Of a DNA stretch of 64,000 nucleotides, positions 19,978 to 28,699 are shown piece after piece. Numbering within the stretch: the first letter of the stretch is position 1; every line of letters starts with the position of its first letter. The position numbers were made by a program, and so were the translations under genes. This DNA is from Anaerolineae bacterium (GTDB lineage Bacteria > Chloroflexota > Anaerolineae > Aggregatilineales > Aggregatilineaceae): positions 11,701-75,700 of the forward strand of contig JAFGHR010000121.1 of NCBI GenBank assembly GCA_016930015.1, read 5' to 3'. The notes beneath the pieces are model-generated. The model had not been told where the DNA came from, did no database searches, and saw only the letters and a program-made list of their open reading frames with translations.

Positions 19978-20691
19978 ATGTTCAGCGGAAAAGCGCAGTT
20001 GCTGGTACTGAGTGAAGAAACGCGAGGCGGAAAGTTACAAAACAGCCTTGAAATCGTTGGGTTTCATGTCGTTGTGAAACACACCGCCTTTGCCGGAATA
20101 AGTTTCGCTGAAAACGCCTATCCGGACCTGGTGATCGTAGGCTCTCATCTACCCGATGGGACAATCGTCGAGGTTTGCCGCCAGTTGCGAGAAACCCGGT
20201 ACTATGTGCCGATTATTGTTTATGTTGAGCAAGCCGATGAATATGATCACGTCCTGACCCTGGAGATTGGTGCAGATGATTATGTCGCCGAAACAATCAA
20301 AACGCGCGAGTTAGTCGCACGGATTCGAGCACAACTCCGGCGAGCCTACGAGTATTCAAAACCCGATACTGATGTGCTCAATGTGGGGGGCCTGGTCATT
20401 GACTGCACCCGAGGCCAAGTATTTTGTGACCGGCGTTCGTTAGACCTGACGCCAATCGAGTTCCGTTTGTTGAGGTTCTTGGTCCAACATCGCGATCACG
20501 TATTGTCCCGTGCGCAAATTCTCAACCAGATTTGGGGTTATGGACTGCAACCGTATGGTGAGCAAATGGTGAATGTGCATATCTGCCGGCTGCGGCGAAA
20601 AGTAGAGGCCGATCCACTCAACCCCGCGCTGATCTTGACGGTACGTGGATTAGGCTATCGCCTGGTTTCAAACCCTGGCCATGTCATTTAG
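19978..20691 (+). CDS. OmpR/PhoB-family winged-helix regulator with a degenerate (phosphorylation-incompetent) receiver domain
   Basis: The C-terminus (LTPIEFRLLRFLVQHRDHVLSRAQILNQIWG...TVRGLGYRL) is typical of the family. The receiver has G, V and E in place of the Asp, Thr and Lys. The start is uncertain (19885 is the alternative). Confidence 0.8.
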   Translation: MFSGKAQLLVLSEETRGGKLQNSLEIVGFHVVVKHTAFAGISFAENAYPDLVIVGSHLPDGTIVEVCRQLRETRYYVPIIVYVEQADEYDHVLTLEIGADDYVAETIKTRELVARIRAQLRRAYEYSKPDTDVLNVGGLVIDCTRGQVFCDRRSLDLTPIEFRLLRFLVQHRDHVLSRAQILNQIWGYGLQPYGEQMVNVHICRLRRKVEADPLNPALILTVRGLGYRLVSNPGHVI

Positions 20692-20785
20692 CTTTGTAGA
20701 GACAGATAAGGCCATTCCAGAAGTTAAAAAACTCATTTGCTGCGCACCAGGGTAAACTCTAGAAGGTGCAGGTGGGCAAGGGAAC
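20691..20785 (+). repeat. conserved ~95-nt intergenic element, copy 1 (possible structured RNA)
   Basis: Aligns with 36804-36898 and shares the blocks TTCCAGAA, TTTGCTGCGC, GTAAACTCT and AGGGAAC. Confidence 0.7.
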
Positions 20786-21293
20786 TCCCAGGCGGAGAGA
20801 CGATCCGGGTGAAGATCAATGATTTTGGGTTTCAGCTTGCGGCCCACCCATCTTGAAGCGGCGCACGGATCGCTGTAACCACAAGTGCAAAAATCAGGGT
20901 GATACAAACAGGCCAATTTTATATACATTTGGGGTGCCTGTCACGGGTAGGCCATAGTCTCATAGTCTGGACTGTCCCCAGTTTAGTGATCTTTCCGCGC
21001 TTTATGTAGAGTGACTGCCTGTGTTTCATTTTAGCTCTTGCCTCAATCTACAAAGACAAATTCGACAAATACCTTGTTTCTGCAATAAACTACCCTGGAA
21101 AAGCAAACTTTGGCTTGTTTACGCGAATAACAAAAACGATACGCGTTCATGTTTAAGTCCGGAGCCAATCCAATGAACCAACCCTGAATTTTTATCTTTT
21201 GCAGCAAAAAATGTTCAGAAATTCCGGTGTATGTTGTTGTTCAGTGATCGATGCAGCCGGGCATGATAGATAACTCTGCAAGGAGAGCGCATT

Positions 21294-22421
21294 ATGTTGG
21301 CACAAACCCCACCGATGGGCTGGAACAGTTGGAATACATTTGGCGACAACATCGACGAAGCGCTGATTCGTGACACGATAGATGTATTTGTCAACGAAGG
21401 CCTGCGCGACGCGGGTTATACCTACGTGGTGATCGACGATCTTTGGGCGGCTGATAAACGCGTCAATGGCCGGTTGACATGGGATACGGCGAAGTTTCCC
21501 AATGGCATCAAAGCGCTCAGCGACTATGCACACAGCCAGGGGTTGAAGTTCGGCATGTATTCATGCGCGGGGACACACACCTGCGGCAATCAATTGGCGA
21601 GTTATGGTCATGAAGAAATTGATGCTCAAACGTTCGCGGAATGGGGCGTGGACTTTTTGAAATACGACTATTGCCACGTGCCAGCGGGCGTCAACGGTCC
21701 GATGCTGTTCCGGCGTATGGGGCAGGCGCTGAGGGCTACGGGGCGTCCCATCGTGTACAGCATATGTGAATGGGGAACCAACAAACCCTGGGAATGGGGC
21801 GCGCAGGCTGGCGGGCATATGTGGCGCACAACCGGCGATATCGCCGATTCGTGGGAGTCAATTCTCGACATCGGGTTTCAGCGGCAGGCCGAATTAGCCC
21901 CTTATGCCGGGCCGGGACACTGGAACGATCCTGACATGCTGGTCGTGGGCATGTACGGCAAAGGTAATGTGGCCCAAGGCGGCTGCACGGATGCCGAATA
22001 CCGCTGCCATTTTGCCCTATGGTGTTTGCTGGCCGCGCCCTTGATGATCGGCTGCGATGTGCGCAGCATGAACCAGACCACGCGCGATATCTTGCTCAAC
22101 CACGAATTGATCGCCGTGAATCAGGACCCCCTTGGCCGCCAGGGGTATCGCGTGGGGCAGGTGGATTATGCCTATGAGATCGCCGAAACGTGGGCCAAAC
22201 CCCTGTTAGACGGCTCAATTGCTGTTGGTATGTTCAACCTGGGAAAGCGACAGCAGCGGCTTGTCTCAGCGCCGTGGGAATCGTTAGGGCTGCACCCGGA
22301 ACGCGCCTGCCAGGTGCGCGATTTGTGGACAGGTGAGAACCTGGGCGTTTTCACCGCCTGTTTTTCCGCCCACGTCGCTAGTCACGATGTAACCATGATC
22401 AAGATCACGCCGATAGCGTGA
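21294..22421 (+). CDS. alpha-galactosidase, GH27 family, cytoplasmic (no signal peptide)
   Basis: ATG after AAGGAGAG. Motifs PPMGWNSWN and FLKYDYC (nucleophile Asp motif) are present. Confidence 0.88.
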   Translation: MLAQTPPMGWNSWNTFGDNIDEALIRDTIDVFVNEGLRDAGYTYVVIDDLWAADKRVNGRLTWDTAKFPNGIKALSDYAHSQGLKFGMYSCAGTHTCGNQLASYGHEEIDAQTFAEWGVDFLKYDYCHVPAGVNGPMLFRRMGQALRATGRPIVYSICEWGTNKPWEWGAQAGGHMWRTTGDIADSWESILDIGFQRQAELAPYAGPGHWNDPDMLVVGMYGKGNVAQGGCTDAEYRCHFALWCLLAAPLMIGCDVRSMNQTTRDILLNHELIAVNQDPLGRQGYRVGQVDYAYEIAETWAKPLLDGSIAVGMFNLGKRQQRLVSAPWESLGLHPERACQVRDLWTGENLGVFTACFSAHVASHDVTMIKITPIA

Positions 22422-22469
22422 GACGAAAACCCTGATACAGAACACCGTTTTTGTTTGGGGGAATACTCC

Positions 22470-22637
22470 ATGACTGGCAACCAGCAAGAACGTGAGCAAC
22501 TCCTGACCTGTTATGCAGACTTGCGCGTTGCCGATGTGCGGGATGGTATGGACTGGTGCGGGATGCATCACTACGGGTCAATGTCGCCCGACATTCGTTA
22601 TGGTACTACGCGGAAGCGGGCACTTATCCCTGGATAG
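22470..22637 (+). pseudogene. possible 5' remnant of an RraA/HMG-aldolase-family gene
   Basis: The 55-aa ORF MTGNQQEREQLLTCYADLRVADVRDGMDWCGMHHYGSMSPDIR resembles the N-terminus of RraA-like proteins and then stops. Full-length proteins are several-fold longer. Confidence 0.3.
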
Positions 22638-22676
22638 AAGAAATCCAACCGACTCATGCAAGAAAGGATCGCCTGA

Positions 22677-25034
22677 ATGCGCTACGGCCAGTTGTCGCCT
22701 GACCAGACGGAATACGTCATCGAACGCCCCGACACCCCTACACCCTGGATCAACTATATCTCGAACAGCGAAGGTTATTGTGGCATTGTCAGCCAATCAG
22801 GAGGGGGTTTTTCGTTTCACAAGGACCCGCGCGACCGCCGCATCACCAAGTACCGCTATAACAATGTGCCTGTCGATCGCCCCGGACGTTATTTTTACAT
22901 AAAGGACCGGCAAGATGGCGTGACCTGGTCCCCAACCTGGCAGCCCACGCGTACCAACTTGGATCATTATCGTTGTACACATGGTCAGGGTTATACGACG
23001 ATTGAAGCCGCCTATAAAGAAATCGAAAGCCGCGTGACCTATTTTGTGCCGGTCAAAGGCTCACACGAGGTGTGGCACTTACGCCTGGACAACACGGGGC
23101 AGCACCCCCGGCGATTCTCGATCTTCGCGTACTCAGAATATACGCTCTGGTGCGAACCGGAGTCGCGCAACATTCAATGGTCGCTGCACCTGACGCGGGG
23201 CGATTTTCAAGATGGTTTTGTGACCTACAATTTTATCGAGCCGCACCCGGCCTTCGACATGGCCGCCAACGCTGACTATGTTGGTGATCGCCCCGGCCTG
23301 GCCTATATGACCGTTGTGGGCGCACCGATCAAAGATTTCGACTGTGTGCGTGACAGGTTCCTGGGCATGTATCACAGCGAAAGTGATCCGCAAGGCATTG
23401 AGAATGGGCAGCTTTCCAACTCCATTTTGCGAGGGGGCAACGGCTGCGCGGCGCTGCGTGTGGAAGTGGAACTTGCCGCAGGCGCAGGCACAAACCTGAT
23501 CGTCCTGCTGGGTTATGCCGACACGCTCGATCAAGCCCGACAGGTAAAGGCTCACTTTGCGAATGTCCAGGTAGTCGCCGACGAATTAGAACAGGTCAAA
23601 CAATCCTGGCGGGACTATCTCTCTGTTTTCCGCGTGGAAACTCCCGATGCTTACCTGAACGCTATGATCAACACCTGGAACCAGTACCAGTGCAAAACTA
23701 CGTTTGACTGGTCGCGTTACATTTCATTCTACGAAAATGGTGAGGGGCGCGGCATGGGCACGCGTGATTCCAGCCAGGACACGCTGGCGGTGGTTGCCCA
23801 GATGCCGGACCGTGTGCGTGCTCGCATCATCGAAATTTTCTCCACTGTACAGTTAGAAACCGGCGATTGTTATCATATTTTTTTCCCGCTGCTCCAGAAA
23901 GGTGAACTACGTTATTTCTCCGATGACACGCTCTGGTTGGTGCAGATGGTGTATGCCTACATGTGCGAAACCGGCCACCTGGATTTCCTCAACGAGATGG
24001 TGCCTTACGCTGAATCTGACAGGGTGGACAGTATTTACGACCACCTGAAAGCCGCGCTGGATTTCACCGCTCAACACACCGGCCCGCATGGTTTCCCGCT
24101 GATTCTCACGGCGGACTGGAATGATACCCTGCACCTGTGGATGACGTGCGAACATCCCGAATCGGTGCTGGTGGCAGAATTTTACGTGTACGCGCTCAAA
24201 CAAATCGCGCTGCTGGCCGAACGGCTCGGAAAAACCGCCGAAGCCGCCGACTTCACAACCCGCGCGGCGGAGATGGTTAAGCGGATCAATACCATCGCGT
24301 GGGATGGGGCGTGGTATCTGCGCGGTTATGGCAGCAAAGTGATCGGCACGCACAAAAACGACGAGGCCAAACTCTTTCTGAATCCGCAAACCTGGGCCGT
24401 GATCTCCGGCGCAGCACTCCCTGAGCGCGCCCTGTCGGCAATGGACAGTGTACATGCGCACTTAGCCAGCGCGGATGGTATCAAGGCGATTTGGCCCACC
24501 TTCCAACAGTATGATCAGGCTTACGGCCTGATGTCACGTTATGTGCCGGGGCGCAAAGAAAACGGCATCTTCGCCCACGCGAATTCCTGGGCCATCGTCG
24601 CCGAGGCCCTGTTGGGACGCGGCAGCCGGGCGCTGGATTATTACCAGAAGATCACGCCTATCTACAAAAACGATCAGGCTGATGTAACCGGCACCGAACC
24701 GTATGTATATTGCCAGACTATTGCAAGCGACGATTCGCTAACCCCCGGCATGGGAGCGAATTCCTGGCTCACGGGCACGGCAGCCTGGATGTTTGTGGCC
24801 GTGACGCAGTATCTCCTGGGGGTGCAGCCGGAGTTGGACGGGCTGGCCATCCGGCCCAACATCCCCGATGATTGGCCCGGTTTCACGTTCTCCCGCCGGT
24901 TTCGAGGCTGCACGTATTTTATCGAGGTCAAACGCACTGGCTGCCAGCGGATTACAGTAGATGGGGCGCCGATTACCGGCTGTATCATCCCGCCCAGCGA
25001 AACGGCAGCATGCCGGGTCGTAGTGGAACTTTAG
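22677..25034 (+). CDS. GH94-family glycoside phosphorylase (cellobiose/cellobionate/chitobiose phosphorylase-like)
   Basis: The N-terminus is MRYGQLSPDQTEYVIERPDTPTPWINY and the catalytic-region motif is LTADWNDTL. Length is 785 aa. Confidence 0.85.
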   Translation: MRYGQLSPDQTEYVIERPDTPTPWINYISNSEGYCGIVSQSGGGFSFHKDPRDRRITKYRYNNVPVDRPGRYFYIKDRQDGVTWSPTWQPTRTNLDHYRCTHGQGYTTIEAAYKEIESRVTYFVPVKGSHEVWHLRLDNTGQHPRRFSIFAYSEYTLWCEPESRNIQWSLHLTRGDFQDGFVTYNFIEPHPAFDMAANADYVGDRPGLAYMTVVGAPIKDFDCVRDRFLGMYHSESDPQGIENGQLSNSILRGGNGCAALRVEVELAAGAGTNLIVLLGYADTLDQARQVKAHFANVQVVADELEQVKQSWRDYLSVFRVETPDAYLNAMINTWNQYQCKTTFDWSRYISFYENGEGRGMGTRDSSQDTLAVVAQMPDRVRARIIEIFSTVQLETGDCYHIFFPLLQKGELRYFSDDTLWLVQMVYAYMCETGHLDFLNEMVPYAESDRVDSIYDHLKAALDFTAQHTGPHGFPLILTADWNDTLHLWMTCEHPESVLVAEFYVYALKQIALLAERLGKTAEAADFTTRAAEMVKRINTIAWDGAWYLRGYGSKVIGTHKNDEAKLFLNPQTWAVISGAALPERALSAMDSVHAHLASADGIKAIWPTFQQYDQAYGLMSRYVPGRKENGIFAHANSWAIVAEALLGRGSRALDYYQKITPIYKNDQADVTGTEPYVYCQTIASDDSLTPGMGANSWLTGTAAWMFVAVTQYLLGVQPELDGLAIRPNIPDDWPGFTFSRRFRGCTYFIEVKRTGCQRITVDGAPITGCIIPPSETAACRVVVEL

Positions 25035-25072
25035 TTTTCGATTTTCTCAGGACACTGAGCAGGAGAAGCGTT

Positions 25073-27466
25073 ATGCGTTACGGTGATTTTGACGATCAAG
25101 CGAAAGAATACGTGATCACGCGGCCCGATACGCCGCTGTCATGGAGTAACTATCTTGGCACCACGAACTACGGCGCGATCATCACGAACAATGCCGGGGG
25201 GTACAGCTTTTATAAATCCGGCGCACAAGGCCGTTTCTTGCGCATGCGTTTTAACAGTGTGCCCATGGATCAGCCCGGTCGTTACTTTTATCTGCGCGAC
25301 CAGGAGAGCGGCGATTACTGGTCGGCATCCTGGCAGCCCGTGGGCAAACCGCTCGATCAGTTCAAATCCACCTGCCGGCATGGCACAGCGTACACGATCA
25401 TCTCGTCTGAATACGCTGAGATTATTACCGAAGCCACATATTTTGTGCCGCTGGGCCAGCGTTTTGAATACTGGCGGCTCAAAGTTACCAACACGTCCCA
25501 CCGACCGCGCCGGATATCGGCTTTTACCTATTGTGAGTTCACCAATCACTGGGCCACGTTCCAGGATTTGACCAACCTGCAATACTCGCTGTTCATCGTC
25601 AAGGGCGAACTGCGCGATGGTTTGTTGCGGATTGCCTGTAATCCGAACATGCCGGTGGACCCCGATGGGAATATAGACAACGACCAGAGCCAGCGTACCT
25701 GGATGGCCCTGATCGGTGCGCCATTGGCCGGATACGATACCCGCCGCGATGCGTTCCTGGGTCCCTACCGCTCTTACGACCGCCCGCTGGTGGTTGAACA
25801 GGGACAGTGCACCAATAGTGATGCCTACGGCGGCAACGCCTGCGGCACCATGCAGGCCGATCTGATCCTGCAACCCGGTGAAAGTCGCGAACTGCTGGTA
25901 TTACTCGGCATTGGAACTGCCGAAATCGTCGGCCAGCCCACTGTGGCTGAGTTTGGTTCGCTGGCGCGCGCTGATGCGGAGTTTGCTGCACTCAAGGCAA
26001 ACTGGCATTCCAAACTGGGCAGTTTGATTGTGGAAACTCCTGATCAAGACCTAAACCACATGATCAACGTGTGGGCGCTCTACAACAGTTTGATTACCTT
26101 CAATTGGTCACGTGCCGCCAGCCTGGTCTACAACGGGGAGCGCGACGGGTTGGGTTTCCGCGATTCCGTGCAGGATATTCTCGGTGTCACGGCGGCTATA
26201 CCTGGTGCAGCCCGCGCACGCCTGGAGCTGCTGCTGACAGGGCAAATGTCCACCGGCGGCGCGATGCCGATTGTCAAACCGTTCGACCACCACCCCGGAC
26301 AAGAACAAGGCCCCGCTGCGGAAGATTACCGCTCGGACGATTGTCTGTGGTTCTTTAACGCCATCCCCGCTTATGTCGCTGAAACGGGCGACGAGGACTT
26401 TTATCACAAGGTGCTGCCTTACGCTGACCAGGGCGCTGCCACTGTTTTTGAGCATTTGCGGCGGGCGCTGGAATTCAACTTAGAGCGCACCGGTCAGCAC
26501 GGCTTGCCCTGCGGCCTGTATGCGGATTGGAACGACTGTTTACGCCTCGGATACTACGGGGAAAGTGTATTTGTCGCGTTCCAGGTGCATTTAGGGCTGA
26601 ATGTGTACGCCGACATCGCGGACCGGTTGGGCAAACCTGACGAGGCAGCCTGGGCGCGTGAGCAGTGCGCGGCATTGGACGTTAACATCCGGCAGACGTG
26701 CTGGGATGGCGAGTGGTTCATCTGGGCGATCGGTGACGATGGCACGGTCTATGGCACAAAGGATTACGACGAAGGCCAGATGTATTTCAACACCCAGGTG
26801 TGGGCCGTGCTGAGCGGTTTTGCCACGCCCGAACAGGCTCAGACGTGTATGGAGAGCGTGCACAAACACCTTGCCACGCCCTACGGCCTGATGCTCTCGG
26901 CGCCCCCATTTGTCAAAACCCCTGTGGACGTGATGCGGGCCGTGTTATTCAACAATGGTATCAAGGAAAATGCCGGCATCTTCAACCACACCCAGGGCTG
27001 GGGTGTTATGGCTGAATGTATGCTGGGGAACGGGGACCGCGCTTTCGAATACTACCGCGCCTTTATGCCCGCCGCCTATAATGACAGGGCGGAAATTCGC
27101 CAGATTGAGCCTTACGTGCAAGGCCAAACCACGTACTCGACGTTCTCCCCGCGTGCAGGTAACGCCCGCACATCCTGGCTTACGGGCGCGGTGCCCTGGG
27201 CGTACTACAGCGCAACACAGTATATATTGGGTATCCGTCCCGAAATGGACGGCCTGCGTATCGACCCCTGTATCCCGCATGATTGGGCGGGTTTTACGGT
27301 CACACGCCAGTTTCGCGGCAAGTCCATCGACATCGACGTGAAGAACCCTCACGGCGTGTGCAGGGGAGTGCGATCACTCACGCTTAATGGTGAGCCATTG
27401 CGCGAGGCGTTCATCCCCGCCGATGCACTGCTCGACCACAATCACGTAGAAGTCGTGTTAGGGTGA
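25073..27466 (+). CDS. GH94-family glycoside phosphorylase, tandem paralog
   Basis: ATG after AGGAGA gives MRYGDFDDQAKEYVITRPDTPLSWSNY. The motif LYADWNDCL is present. The ORF-track start at 24872 overlaps the previous gene and is rejected. Confidence 0.88.
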   Translation: MRYGDFDDQAKEYVITRPDTPLSWSNYLGTTNYGAIITNNAGGYSFYKSGAQGRFLRMRFNSVPMDQPGRYFYLRDQESGDYWSASWQPVGKPLDQFKSTCRHGTAYTIISSEYAEIITEATYFVPLGQRFEYWRLKVTNTSHRPRRISAFTYCEFTNHWATFQDLTNLQYSLFIVKGELRDGLLRIACNPNMPVDPDGNIDNDQSQRTWMALIGAPLAGYDTRRDAFLGPYRSYDRPLVVEQGQCTNSDAYGGNACGTMQADLILQPGESRELLVLLGIGTAEIVGQPTVAEFGSLARADAEFAALKANWHSKLGSLIVETPDQDLNHMINVWALYNSLITFNWSRAASLVYNGERDGLGFRDSVQDILGVTAAIPGAARARLELLLTGQMSTGGAMPIVKPFDHHPGQEQGPAAEDYRSDDCLWFFNAIPAYVAETGDEDFYHKVLPYADQGAATVFEHLRRALEFNLERTGQHGLPCGLYADWNDCLRLGYYGESVFVAFQVHLGLNVYADIADRLGKPDEAAWAREQCAALDVNIRQTCWDGEWFIWAIGDDGTVYGTKDYDEGQMYFNTQVWAVLSGFATPEQAQTCMESVHKHLATPYGLMLSAPPFVKTPVDVMRAVLFNNGIKENAGIFNHTQGWGVMAECMLGNGDRAFEYYRAFMPAAYNDRAEIRQIEPYVQGQTTYSTFSPRAGNARTSWLTGAVPWAYYSATQYILGIRPEMDGLRIDPCIPHDWAGFTVTRQFRGKSIDIDVKNPHGVCRGVRSLTLNGEPLREAFIPADALLDHNHVEVVLG

Positions 27467-27503
27467 TGTGCGAATGTTCAGAAGTCACGTTGTGGAACCC
27501 AAA

Positions 27504-27546
27504 GTCAACTACTACCGGCTGAAAACCGGTAGTAGTTGACTTTCTC
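27504..27546. terminator. bidirectional hairpin terminator between convergent genes
   Basis: A perfect 15-bp stem GTCAACTACTACCGG / CCGGTAGTAGTTGAC with a 7-nt loop. It is flanked by AAA on one side and TTTCTCTCTC on the other. Confidence 0.8.
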
Positions 27547-27571
27547 TCTCAGGACACATGAGTGTCCACTG

Positions 27572-28603
27572 TCAGTTAGCCAAATCCAGGTCAATCATGA
27601 CCTTCATATACTGGCCGTCCGAGTTTTCGATGGTGTGATACGCCTTCAGGTAATCATCAAACGCAAAACGATGAGTGACCAGCCGGTCCAGACGTATCTT
27701 ACCGCTGGTTACCAGTTCTATGGCCCGCTCATAATCCTGTTTCTGATACATGGCGGTGCCCATCAAGTTGAGCTCCCAATCCTGCACATACCCCAGGTTG
27801 ATGACCGGTTTCTGGCCGAAGACGCCAACAATGATGATGGTTGTGCCTTTGCGTGCGCATTCGATAGCCTGGGTAGCGGTTATCTCACTTCCCACACACT
27901 CCAGGGTCAAATCGGCGCGATCGGGACCAAAATCACGCAAGAGAACGTCCATGAGGTCTCCTTTTGCCGTATTGACCACATAATCGATCCCGCATTCTCT
28001 GGCTTTTTCCAGCTTATAGTCGTTAATATCAGTGATCATGACGGTTTTTGCATCCAAGGCGCGGGCAACTTGCGCAACCAGGTTGCCTATCGTGCCTGCA
28101 CCTAACACCAACACGTTTTTACCTGAGGCGCCACCGCCCCGGCCCACAGCATGAACCGCTACCGCCACCGGCTCGATCATGGCAGCATGATCCAGCGGCA
28201 TGTCGTCCGGCAGTTTGAACACGTTCCATTCCGGAAGGGCAAAGAACTCCTGGGCGGCCCCGCCCGTTTGAAATCCCATCACCTTAAGTTTTTCACAAAG
28301 GTGATACATGCCATGATGACACGGATAACATTCCCCACACGTCACCTGCGGTGTGCATGTCATCTTGTCACCCACGGAGATCCCTTTGACGTTTTTCCCT
28401 ATGGCAGCCACTATGCCCGATACCTCATGGCCCTGCACAACGGGATAAGGGGTGTAGGGATGTAAGCCGTGAAAGACATGAATATCCGATCCGCAAACCC
28501 CGATGCGTTTGGTTTGCATAAGCACTTCGTGATCTTTCAGGGTCGGTTTTTCCACCTGACGGAGTTCGATTTTGCCGGGTGAGATCATGACTGCCTGTTT
28601 CAT
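27572..28603 (-). CDS. zinc-dependent medium-chain alcohol/polyol dehydrogenase (sorbitol/threonine dehydrogenase-like)
   Basis: Motifs GVCGSDIH, GHEVSG, the structural-Zn Cys cluster CGECYPC and the Rossmann motif GAGTIG are present. Confidence 0.88.
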   Translation of the reverse strand: MKQAVMISPGKIELRQVEKPTLKDHEVLMQTKRIGVCGSDIHVFHGLHPYTPYPVVQGHEVSGIVAAIGKNVKGISVGDKMTCTPQVTCGECYPCHHGMYHLCEKLKVMGFQTGGAAQEFFALPEWNVFKLPDDMPLDHAAMIEPVAVAVHAVGRGGGASGKNVLVLGAGTIGNLVAQVARALDAKTVMITDINDYKLEKARECGIDYVVNTAKGDLMDVLLRDFGPDRADLTLECVGSEITATQAIECARKGTTIIIVGVFGQKPVINLGYVQDWELNLMGTAMYQKQDYERAIELVTSGKIRLDRLVTHRFAFDDYLKAYHTIENSDGQYMKVMIDLDLAN

Positions 28604-28699
28604 TTTTACCTCTGCGTAGATATGGCTCTAGGGCGTCGAGGTTCCGTTCCTGTAACTCAGGATGACGCCATAATCGCCTGATTTGATCTTCAATCGATA

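Noticed and set aside
20781-20815. An ECF-type promoter (GGAAC ... CGTC) inside the conserved element, from GGGAAC followed by CGATC in copy 1 or TAGTC in copy 2.
   Set aside because: The spacer lengths differ (about 15 versus 17 nt) and the putative -10 elements do not agree between copies or with CGTC. The match is no better than chance.
20668-20928. Minus-strand ORFs running through the two copies of the conserved element (20668-20928; 36744-36980; 36647-36922), which give similar peptides (PPA..RVY..AQQ.S.L.SG.AL).
   Set aside because: The peptide similarity simply mirrors the nucleotide similarity. Substitutions between the copies fall on codon positions 1, 2 and 3 alike. There is no RBS, and the ORFs overlap the ends of the upstream genes.
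22513-22902. The 129-aa ORF overlapping the start of the first GH94 gene.
   Set aside because: It is out of frame with, and largely inside, a strongly supported GH94 CDS. It has no motifs.
24872-25072. N-terminal extensions suggested by the longest-ORF track. Examples are 24872 for the second GH94, 16808 for the ECF sigma, 43090 for LCP, 51724 for the permease, 3621 for L28 and 11402 for L32.
   Set aside because: Internal starts with good Shine-Dalgarno sequences give N-termini that match the family norms. The extensions overlap upstream genes or encode implausible peptides.
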